From assembly GCF_006345805.1 (NCBI RefSeq), contig NC_042999.1:144646001-144710000 (forward strand): 64,000 nt of DNA. Direction: 5' to 3'. Positions 51,053 through 61,727 of this stretch are shown here, piece after piece. This DNA is from Octopus sinensis. Taxonomy: Eukaryota. Each line of letters opens with the position of its first letter. Within the stretch, counting starts at the first letter, position 1. A program made the translations under genes and the position numbers. The notes beneath the pieces are model-generated. The model was given only the letters and a program-made list of their open reading frames with translations. It did no database searches and was not told where the DNA came from.

Positions 51053-52362
51053 TTCCTGCCCCCACGACTTTGGATGATCATAACTTTCAGAAAAATGGAT
51101 ATTTTTTAATGAAATTTTTTTACGAATATGTGTTATAGCATTAGATTCCGAATATACAAAACTTGGGAGAGGAGGGGGGGGGTTTCGGAAAATTTCACCG
51201 GCGTTCACTTCAATTCGTCTTAACTTTCAAGAAAATTGATATTGGATCTTTTCGGTTTGAACGGTAGTTTTTTAATATAATTTCCACGTAACTAAACACT
51301 TTTAAACTTCGTATACTGGTAGAATGTGTTTATAAAACATCTTTTTCTCTTGACTTTATTGAGAAAATTCTATGGTTTGTAAGATATTTGTTGTTTTTTC
51401 TTCAATTTCTGCAATTTCAACCAATCAATGACGTCTATTGAGGTGAAAACATTCTGTGCCGTATGAATATTCCCTCGTTTAAGAAACAAATTGGGTTTAT
51501 TTACATTTCTGAAGAAAAAAAGATACCCTCCCCCCGCCCCTAACCCTAAAACAGATTGAAATGCAATAGATCGATACTAGGGTCATAATTATGGGTGACA
51601 ATTTCATATGACACCGCTAGAAAAAACTGCCGTTCAAACCGAAAAGATCCTTGATATTTTTTAATGAAACTTTCTACAAATATACCTCGGACTATGTAGA
51701 TTCTGAGAAGATAGGAATTTGGGGGAAAAACAATTGGGGGTTACTTTTGAGGACCGTTCCCTACTCGGGGGTGTTTCGGAACAAGTCGTCCATATTTGTT
51801 TCATTTTCTCCGTTTCGTGCGTTTGTGCACCCATAGATTTCTAGTTCTCTCTCACGCACGCATACATATGTAATTAAAAAAGTTCAAACGGAATTATTCT
51901 ATTCAGTGTCTTTAGACCTTTAGCTGGTATTTTTAGCATAACGAGGCTGCTTCAGTAGAAATCTACGGATGCACAAACGCACAAAACGGAGAAAATGAAA
52001 CAACTGTGGACGACTTGTTCCGAAACTCCCCCGAGTGGGGAACGGTCCTCAGATGTAACCCCCAATTGCCCCCCCCCCCCCGCCAAAAAAAAATCCCTGT
52101 GTTTTTGGAATCTTCATAATCCGAAGTATATTTGTAGAAAATTTCATTAAAAAATATCTATTTTCTTGAAAGTTAAGACGAATTGAAGTGGACGCCGGTG
52201 AAATTTTCCGAAATTCCCCACCCCCGCCTAAAACACTTTCCCCCAAAAGTTTTGTATATTTGTAATCTACATGATATAACACATATTCGTGGACAATTTC
52301 ATTAAAAAAATATCCATTTTTCTGAAAGTTATGACCATCTAAAGTCGGTGGGGAGGCAGGAA
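51053..52362. mobile_element. Foldback-like non-autonomous element: ~390-400-bp inverted arms, 112-bp spacer
   Basis: 51053-51243 plus 51659-51843 is the reverse complement of 51956-52362. Confidence 0.85.
51244..51650. mobile_element. Merlin-like MITE (407 bp) with 8-bp TSD
   Basis: TIR GGATCTTTTCGGTTTGAACGG(T/C)AGTTTTT at both ends; TTGATATT duplicated at 51236-51243 and 51651-51658. Confidence 0.85.
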
Positions 52363-53389
52363 TCTTTAGTGGGTACTTAACATTTTTCCTCTTTTTATTT
52401 ATTTATTTATATTTTGAGAAGTAAATTTCTCCCGAGTGTCCGTTTCCATCGCAGGCAGTGTTGACACAGTAGCTATGGTATTTGAGCAAAATAAAATCAG
52501 AAATAGTTTCTGTTTAGATCATTTTCTCGTAACCTTATACTAAACTTCCAGACTGACTATACAGTTGGTTACATTTTCTGAATTATCGTTTCCTGTAATT
52601 AAATCGTGTTGTTGTCAAGGAAAAGAACTAAAGCATTTAACAGTTCTGATTTATGATATTTCTCTTAAATATAATATTTGAGATTGACACTGACAAAAAT
52701 GAATTTATTTTCATTTGGGCGTGAGGTTGGAATATTTTGTTATTTGCGTGAGATTCTGGAATTTACCCGCCTTGTCGATGATGGACTCTGGTTCATTATT
52801 GGTATTAACTACAAATGGATAAACCGCAAAAGTTGAACCCAGTAAGATTTTTTTCTTTCAGAAAACAGAAGGATAAAATTAAAAACTGAAAGAGCTTTAG
52901 TCAGTTTCGGCTATCTTTGCCACTTTAATGTTCATTTATGTCTGGTTTGTGCCATGTCAAGAGACAGTACAAACCACACATATTCCAAATAATGAGAGAA
53001 ATTTGGATTTATTTCATACATATTTTAATTTATGGCAGAAGAGGAAAAATGAGTTTTAAAATATCTTCTTAAGAAAAAGTAAAATAAATAGATATAATAT
53101 TTGTAAGAATATCCACCTTCTCATCATTATCGTTACTAGCATTACCGTCATTATCACCATCAAACAAACAGAGCTTTTATGTGGCCATTGAACGTATTAG
53201 ATATAAAAAAAGAAGCCAAATATATCCTAACTCACACCCCACCATCTTAATGTATTCTACATTTGATAATATAGTTCTAGACACATTTAAGGTAGAGTAA
53301 AAAAAAAAAAACGAAAAGATTGGATGGTTATAATTAGAATATTATAACCATCTATGGGGGTGTCGTAAAAAGTTGAGGGTTCTTCTGAG

Positions 53390-53790
53390 TGAGTTGTTGG
53401 TCCTCTAACAAAGAACTGCATGTGTGCATGCATCAGCCTGCAGTCTCCCAGCTCATAGCTATCCATGCTAGTAAGGACATGTCCTCCGTCTCCCACTAGA
53501 TCATCCTACCTAGGCTTTAATCTCATTCAACACAGTAGCGGTGGGCTGGAAGAGGCCTTGTGGCAGGCCCTGCAACAGATGTCTGGGCGTGATTGAGGAA
53601 GATCTCCAGAGGCTTGACATCACCTTGGAGGATGCAGAGGCCTGGCATTGAACCACCAGTGATGGAGAGCACTGGAGGACCTGATCAGCTTTATGCATGA
53701 TGACACCTCTGGGACCACTAACTTGGAATGACCCCAGCCACATCAAGCAAGAGCATGAAGCCAGCCAAGAAGCTAAGAACTAGCAACTCC
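53390..53790 (+). mobile_element. RTE C-terminal fragment
   Basis: WKRPCGRP...IEEDLQRLDITLEDAE. Confidence 0.7.
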
Positions 53791-53949
53791 TACTGGGATG
53801 GAGAGTGGCATATCATCATTCACGTCAAGGATAATTAGCAATGGTGATTGTATACACTGCAGATTCATTTTATACAGATACATTCACATGCACACACACA
53901 CACACACACACACACGCACTAACATATTGATTTATTATAAATTATGTAT

Positions 53950-54331
53950 CTTTTATCTTTTACTTGTTTCAGTCATTTGACCGTGGCCATGCTGGGGTAC
54001 CTCCTTCAAGGGTTTTAATTCAACATATTGACCATATGATTATTTTTGAAGCCTAGTACTTATTCTATTGGTCTCTTTTATTGAACTGCTAAGTTATTGG
54101 GATGCAAACATCCCACCTCTGGTTGTCAAGCGGTGGGGGGGGGGCAAATGCAAACAGAGATACACATAGATACACACATGACGGGCTTCTTTCAGTTTCT
54201 GCCTACCAAATCCACTTACAAGGCTTTGGTTGACCCGAGGCTATAGTAGAAGAGACTTGCTCAAGGTGCTATGTGGTGGGACTAAACTTTGAATGATGTG
54301 GTTGAGAAGCAAGATTCTTACCACACAGCCA
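53950..54331 (-). mobile_element. CORE-type SINE with CR1-type tail
   Basis: Same organisation as 39311-39696. Confidence 0.85.
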
Positions 54332-54341
54332 TATATTACTA

Positions 54342-54457
54342 TGGCACTCCGTTGGTTATGACAATGAGGGTTCCAGTTGATCCAATGAACAGATCAGCCT
54401 GCTTGTGAAATTAACATGCAAGTGGCCAAGCACTCCACAGACACGTGTACTCTTAAC
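54342..54457 (-). mobile_element. 3' part of SINE family A
   Basis: Matches 56866-56980 (GATGAGGGTTCC.GTTGATCC...CACGTGTAC.CTTAAC). Confidence 0.8.
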
Positions 54458-54976
54458 AAGGAAGATCGTCTCCTTGCAACAGCTCAGCTACTGGGAACGG
54501 TTGAAAAAGCTAAGACTCTACTCCCTGGAGAGAAGACGGGAGAGGTATGCAGTAATATATATCTGGAAGATCCTGGAAGGAATTGTGCCAAATTTTGGCA
54601 TTGAAAACTACACCAATGCCAAAACGGGACGACACTGCTTAGTGCCAAAGATCTCAGCAATGCCATCATGCTTCAGGACCAATTACTGCAACAGCCTGGG
54701 CTTCAAGGGCCCACAGCTTTTTAATATTCTCCCAAAGAGTCTGAGGAACTTGCACAAAGTAGATGTAGGGTTTTTAAATCAAAGCTGGACCTCTTCCTGT
54801 CAAGAGTCTCAGGTGAGCCTACCTCACGGCAAGAGGTGCAAATGAGGGTAGCTATATCAAACTCCATTCTTCATCAAGTGCCACATATTGGAGGAGGCTC
54901 CTGGTAATAACAGTGTAGCGCAAGATGGCGGTGCATCAGCATGGCCACAACTCTGAGCTGAAACTTTAAAAAAAAG
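54456..54976 (+). mobile_element. CR1-clade LINE 3' fragment with 3' tail
   Basis: LSYWERLKKLRLYSLERRRERYAVIYIWKILEG; tail GGCGGTGCATCAGCATGGCCACAACTCTGAGCTGAAAC + A-run. Confidence 0.88.
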
Positions 54977-54992
54977 AATATATATATATATC

Positions 54993-56460
54993 AGTAACTT
55001 TTTAGATACCCTCTTAAAACCATTCCTCAAGCATGTCAAAAGCTATATAAAGGATGCCCTGGATATGCTCACTCACCTTCCTGAAACAATAAACAAAAAC
55101 ACCCTACTAGTATCCTTCGATGTAGTCAACCTCTATTCCAATATCCCCCACAACCTAGGAATAGAGGCAATTCAATTCTGACTAGAGAATTACGCCAATG
55201 AACTCCCACATCACTTCAAAAAAGAATTTGTGATAGAAGGGTTAAAATTCATCCTGGAAAATAACTACTTCATCTTCAAAGACAACTTCTAACAACAAAA
55301 ATCAGGGACTGTGATGGATATGAGAATGGCCCCCTCCTTTGCTAACCTAGTCATGGGATATCTACAAATTAGTCTTTATTGTAAGGTTCTAGAAATATAC
55401 GGTGGCCCATCCTCTCTTTACATAGAAAATAGCTGGAAGAGATACCTAGATGACTGTTTCATTCTTTGGCATGAAAATATAGAGAAACTTAAAGAGTCCC
55501 AAACACTTATAAATGGACTTGACGTAAGCATTCAATTTACAATGGAATATAGCCATCAACAACTTCCCTTCCTTGACATCCTCATTAAGAAATCTAACAA
55601 TGTAATAGAAACAGATATATACTATAAGCCCACGGACTCCAAGCAATATCTACTGTTCAACTCATTCCACCCCAGACACCCCTTCAACCTAGCAAAAAGG
55701 ATATGTACTATAGTTTCTAATGCAAACACCAGAGACACACAACTACATGAACTAAAGGATACACTCATTACCAGGAACTACCCACCTTCACTAATTGACA
55801 TATGCTTTCAACATGCCCTTCAACTCAACATCAAGGAACTCAGACATCCCAAATTAAAGAAGGATTTACAACCAAAAGCCCTACCATACATCTCCACACA
55901 CAACCCTCTTAACAATGAAGCCTTCAACACCATCCTTCAAAGCATTCTCCTTCTAAAAAAGGACCACAGAATGAAGTTAATCCTCCAAACACACACCATC
56001 ATAAAAAGCAAGAGACAACCCAAATCAATGAAAAGTCTCCTAACACAAACCCAAATACATTCAACAAAAAATGCGGAAGACCCAACTGTGGGATATACGT
56101 CAATTTAATTGAGGAATCAGAATTCTCCTTCAAACAGGGACAATGTTTCTCAGTGAAAAACAACTTCACATGTCCTTCGGAGAACCTGATATATGCACTA
56201 ACCTGCTCTGGGTGTCAAGAACAATACATAAGCCAAACTAAAAACAGTCTATGCAAAAGAATGGCTCTGCATAGATCCCAGATCAAAATTCCCCAAAACA
56301 GAAAAATTGCATTCAGCCAACACATCGACATTTACACCAACAACAAAATTCCAAGCTTCAGAATTTTTCCCCTCTACCAATTCCGTGACGATACAAGCTG
56401 TAGCCAACGAATTAGTAAAGAGACTTTCTTTATTACAAAGTACAGACCCCTTTGAACGCA
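54993..56460 (+). mobile_element. Penelope-like element, 5'-truncated and inactive (RT + GIY-YIG endonuclease)
   Basis: LVSFDVVNLYSNIP, MAPSFANL, RYLDD, FLDILI; LIYALTCSGC..YISQT; in-frame stops at 55179 and 55290; frameshift near 56100. Confidence 0.92.
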
Positions 56461-56855
56461 TCTACAACAAACGACATATCCACCACGGCCTTAGAATAAC
56501 ACAAACATACATGCAAATATTAAAAATGATACACTCAAGAGATTCCCAAGAGTTCATTAAAAAATAGTCCTAATCACTGCTATAATTCATAATGAGTCAC
56601 TTTTAGGTCATTTGACCATTTAACACCCTACTACTATCATACTACCTACATTCCTTCTTATTCATCCCTTCTCTTTCTCCTTCTTCTTTGTGTTCTTCCT
56701 CTCTGCCATCTCCTTCTTAACTTTACCACTATTGCTGTTTAAAATAACACCTATGCAAATTTTATAAACAAAACATTCAAAAGAGATGTCTCAAGAATTC
56801 AATCACTACTACCATCCACAATGGGTCACTTCCGGAGCACTTGACCATTTAACAT

Positions 56856-57240
56856 TTTGGAAGCACCCCGTCGGTTACGACGATGAGGGTTCCGGTTGAT
56901 CCGACCAACAGAACAGCCTGCTCGTGAAATTAATGTGTAAGTGGCTGAGCACTCCACATACACGTGTACCCTTAACGTAGTTCTCGGGGATATTCAGCGT
57001 GACACAGAGAGTGACAAGGCCGGCCCCTTGAAATACAGGTACAACAGAAACAGGAAGTAAGAGTGAGAGAAAGTTGTGGTGAAAGAGTACAGCAGGGATC
57101 ACCACCATCCCTGCCGGAGCCTCGTGGAGCTTTAGGTGCTTTCGCTCAATAAACACTCACAACGCCCGGTCTGGGAATCGAAACCGCGATCCTACGACCG
57201 CGAGTCCGCTGCCCTAACCACTGGGCCATTGCGCCTCCAC
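56856..57240 (-). mobile_element. Full-length SINE family A, young, 12-bp TSD
   Basis: tRNA-like head; ACCATTTAACAT at 56844-56855 and 57241-57252. Confidence 0.92.
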
Positions 57241-57275
57241 ACCATTTAACATACTAATATCATGGCACTCTCACA

Positions 57276-57305
57276 TTCTTCTTCTTCTTCTTCTTCTTCT
57301 TCTTC
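57276..57305. repeat. (TTC)n
   Basis: Direct reading. Confidence 0.9.
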
Positions 57306-58475
57306 CCTACCAAGAATTCACAACGATCTCAAACCTACAAAAGTAAACAAGAGAGACAGAGACAGGCAGAAACAAGGAAAACACCCCTTGTATTTGAATA
57401 CTATACAAATATTCTTTTAAAAATATATATTATTTGAACTGTGTCAAATGAATGAGGGATATTGAATAACTGTTGTAGAGTGTATGATTTATGTAAAAGA
57501 GAACGTTTATCCTACTATCCACTGTAATTTTCTGGTGAGAATTGTTACAACCTGATGTGGATAATTTTCATTCATTAGTGTGTGTGTGTGGTTTCTTGGT
57601 TTATGTCTGCTCAATGGCTTGAATTCTGTGTGTGTTGATTGGATGCTATTTTTGTGTCTCTTTATTGGTTAATTTCTGTGGCCTGGTGTTGATGATTGGC
57701 ATATTTTGATATTTATATTTTCTTTTATTTTTATTGGGTTGTCTAATTGCTGCATTGATCTGTTAATCTCATTAAGAATATTTGTTTTTTGGTGAAGTTT
57801 ATCCTGTTAATTAGAAGAGTGTGTGTTTTGTATAGTATTTCAAAATATTAATGCTTGTGGTAGAGGGATTTTGTTTTGGATAAGGTTTAAGGGTTTAAAA
57901 AACTTGTTTGTTTGTATATTTTGCTAGTGGATGGGTATGATTAGGTAATGTGACTATTGTCTTATTTTTACTTATTGTTACTGAGTGTGATATTTTCTTT
58001 TTGAATTTATTAAACTAATAAAACACAGGAGATTAGGTGTTTTTCATATTGTAAATGGTATTTCATGGCAGTGTAGCTTTTGCTAATGTTTTGAATTTTG
58101 GTCAAGAATGAAGGTTTAAAGGCTTGTTTATGGATGGGATGTAGTGTTTTATTTTAAATTTGTCTGTTAATCTAACTAAAGACTTTTATTTGTTTATTTG
58201 TAATACTTCATCAATACCTTTGAGAAAGGCATTAATCTAACAATTTTATTCTTCTGTCCTGATATGTAATCAATATCTGTCACTAAATAATTTAATTTTC
58301 AAAATGACTGCATATTCTGAAATAAGGTTGACATTATGAGTCATTTACAGATCACAAAAATCCAGTAAACTGGTGCCCAACCCTGATTTCCATGGTATTT
58401 AGAGCACTGAAAAATTTCCTCTGGATAGAATTCAGGTCTACCTTTGCAAGAGGAATTAAATTCAGTACTATAAGC

Positions 58476-58553
58476 CATTACCATCACCATCACCACCCTC
58501 CTTCTCCTCCTCCTTCTCCTCCTCCTCCTCCTCCTCCTCCTCATCATCATCAT
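58476..58553. repeat. (CCA/CCT/CAT)n compound trinucleotide repeat
   Basis: Direct reading. Confidence 0.9.
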
Positions 58554-59034
58554 CTATTGAGCTCTTTGTGGAATTGTATTGTCTCTACTCAATAAAGAAG
58601 TAAACTTTTGAGGTTAGTATTTTTTTTTCAGTTTTATTAGTCCTCCTGGAACAGTTTACTTGACTCTAATGGTAGTTTACAAGGGATTTTGAACCCACAT
58701 AATTAATACTGCTTATGGAAGTGAATTAATTAGTGTTCAGAAGTTAGCATCACAATATTAAAGTCTCAGATTTGATTATATTATATGGCATCTTGTGCGA
58801 ATGTCTTCTACCTTAGTCTTCAGTTGACTCAAACTTTTGAGCATAAGTTGATAGAGATAAACATTTATTGAAAGCCATCAGATGAACTGTGTTATTGAAA
58901 GAGTCATCCTTGTCACTCATTATGTCATACTAATTCTGCCTGTCGATTATGTTAATACAGTCAGTTGATAATTTCAGTGACCAAGACAACCATTTATCTA
59001 AACTGATGCAAGATACATTCCTCAATAAGTACCA

Positions 59035-59460
59035 ACTGGTGCAGGCATGATGTGAGGTTAAGAAACCTGGTTTCCAACCATCTGTTCTTGGGTCAGTCCC
59101 ACTGTGTGACACCTTGGGCAAGCATCTTCTACTGTAGCCGCAGGTTGATCAAATCCTTGTGAGTGGATTTGGGAGACAGAAATTGAAAAAGGCCCATTGT
59201 GTGTGTGTGTCCGTCCATCCGTCCTTCTCTAGAAATCATGACAGTTGCAAATAAACATTTTCATACAAGCGAAGTTGTTCATTTCCAGTCTTATATGAAA
59301 AACATGTTTGGCAAGGGAGAAATATTACCTTACTTGGAAACAGGTGAAGGTTGATAACAGGAAGGACATCCAGCAGTAGAAAGTTTGCCTCAGTGAATTG
59401 CTTCTGAATCATGCAAACATGGAAAAGGAAAATTGGATTTTAATTGATAATGATGACAAC
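59035..59460 (+). mobile_element. CORE-type SINE head with RTE-type tail
   Basis: GTGACACCTTGGGCAAGCATCTTCTACTGTAGCC core; ends GGAAGGACATCCAGCAGTAGAAA...CATGCAAACATGG...(GAT)n. Confidence 0.7.
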
Positions 59461-59619
59461 TACACTCAACTATTAAGACAATATATACCGTGAAGTGTTG
59501 GTGATAGGATACAAACCATTGAGCATTAAAATAGTTGCCTAAATTGCTATTAATTTAATCATCTTTGACTGATGATGGATGTGAAATGTCTAAATTTCAA
59601 ATTTTCAAAATGATTTTGA

Positions 59620-60500
59620 GCAACAAGACTTAAGAGGAGTTTTTGTCTTGGGCTCTGACTGCCGAGGACATGCAAAGGCTTGAGAGAAATGAAGCTAGTA
59701 TGCTTTGCTGGATGTGCAATGTCAGTGTGCATGTAAAACAGAGTGTAAGCATCTTGAGAGAAAAGACGGGCATAAGAGGCATCAGATGTGGTGTGCAAGA
59801 GAGATGACTTGCTAGTATGGTCGTGTGATGTGTATGGACAAGGACAGCTGTGTGAAGATGTGTCACACTCTAACAGTGAAGAGAACCTGTGGAAGAGGTA
59901 GACCCCATGAGATGAGGTAGTGAAGCATGATCTTCAAATGTTGGGCCTCACAGAGGCAATGACAAATGACTGAGACCTTTGGTGATATGCTGTGATTGAG
60001 TAGATCCAGCATGCCAACTGAGATCATAGTTGTAACTGGCACATAAAAATCACCCTTTGAACATTGGGTAATATGCTGTACTTGAGAAGACCTGTCAAAC
60101 CAAGTGAAATCATAGTTGTGGTCAGTGCCTGTGCCATCTAACTGCCACCAGTGCTGGTGTCATGTAAATAGCACTTTACAAGCATTGGGCCCACAGAGGC
60201 AGTGTCAGGTAACTGAGACCTTTGGTAATATACCGTGCTTGAGAAGACCTGTCAAGCTAAGTGAGGTTGTAGTTGTGGCTGATGCTGGTGTTATGTTAAT
60301 GGCACCTATGCTGGTGGCATGTAAAAAAACACCCACTACATTCTTGGAATGGTTGGCATTTGGAAGGGCATCCAGCTGTAGAAACCATGCCAAATCAGAG
60401 TGGAACCTGATGCAGCTCCCTAGCTTACTAGCCTTAAGTCAAACTGTCCAATCCATGCCAACATGGAAAGCAGATGTTAAACAATGATGATGATAATGAT
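59620..60500 (+). mobile_element. RTE 3' fragment with repeat-containing 3'UTR and tail
   Basis: WALTAEDMQRLERNEASMLCWMC-like ORF end; duplicated CTTGAGAAGACCTGTCAA units; tail. Confidence 0.8.
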
Positions 60501-61476
60501 GTACTAGTTCTATTTCATTTCTTTATTTTTTGTTAACTTATTAACCAGCTAACTAATAAATTATTTGATTAATCGTTTGGTTAATCAATCAGTTAGATAT
60601 GTTTGTTAAAGTCCTTTCATCACTATTTATAACCTCTTCAATGACATGTCCTCTTTACTCCAGATCATCTTCAAATCGGAATGCAGTTATTATGCATCAT
60701 TTTCAAATCAGAGATACATGATATCAATATTTTACAGTTCATTAATAAAGTAGAAGTTCTTGAATGAGGGAGAGACACATATGAATTTCAAATTGAGTAA
60801 ACTTCTACATGATGATTAAGTATGCAAATAATCAACTTGTAGTTCTGAATGCACAGCTTGTAGCATGCCATTTTATCATTAGAAATGTAGAGATGTTGAA
60901 TTCACAATTCAGTTAATGCTCTTCGTTTCTAGAGAGAGAGAGGGGGGACAGAGATAAGGAGAGAGGGGGAGAGAGAAAAAAACTGATTGTATTTTAACAC
61001 ATATTTAGTAAACAATTGTATACATCTGCAAAATCATGAACAACACTCAAACAGTAGCCTCAAGGACACACTAATTGATCACATATCCTTATCATAGGAA
61101 ACACTGCATCAGCTTCTACTTCATCATGGTTATAAAACACTTCTATCTTCAACAACTGCTAACCTTCTATAAATCTCAGGAAAAATCTACTTTGGAGTAC
61201 TGCTTTTACATCTAAAACAGTGCTGCTGCTATACATACAAACACTTTAAACTGCATACAAAAAGAGCCATTGTTATAGTCATCAACTTGCAAGTGTTCAA
61301 AGGGAGCATTAACCATGTCAATCTCATTAGTGTTGGCTGATCTCTGAAGGCTCTGAGCTCAGCCACATCCTCCAGGCCAAATCAGTTTAAGAAGAATTAT
61401 GGTTTTATTTTACATTGTAAAAGCTAATAAATAAGCTTTCACTTTATAACTGAGAAAAAAAGAAGTTCAGCATTAA

Positions 61477-61727
61477 CCCTTAAGCATTCAGATTACTCTG
61501 TCGAATGTAATGTTTATTTAGTCGCATTGTTTTGAATTAATCATGTATTGTCTTATAGCTTTGAGATTTTGAGGATGTGATTGTTTAGTTTTAGAATGGC
61601 ATTGTAGAGTAGGTGTGAGAGACCAGTTTGAACAAGAAAAACACATTGGTTATTTAGGTCAGTTTGAACATAAAACACACTGGATATTTAGGCTGGATAT
61701 GGCTAGTTTAAATTTTTTAATTGTTTA
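61477..61727. mobile_element. piggyBac-type MITE copy
   Basis: TTAA|CCCTTAAGCATTC start; internal similarity to 37934-38119. Confidence 0.65.

Noticed and set aside
51535-51550. CCCTAACCCTAA telomere-like motif
   Set aside because: Only two units, inside a MITE; not an array
57165-57240. tRNA-Arg-like sequence (also 10095-10170) as a tRNA gene
   Set aside because: Anticodon arm and acceptor stem are imperfect, and it continues into a SINE body flanked by a TSD
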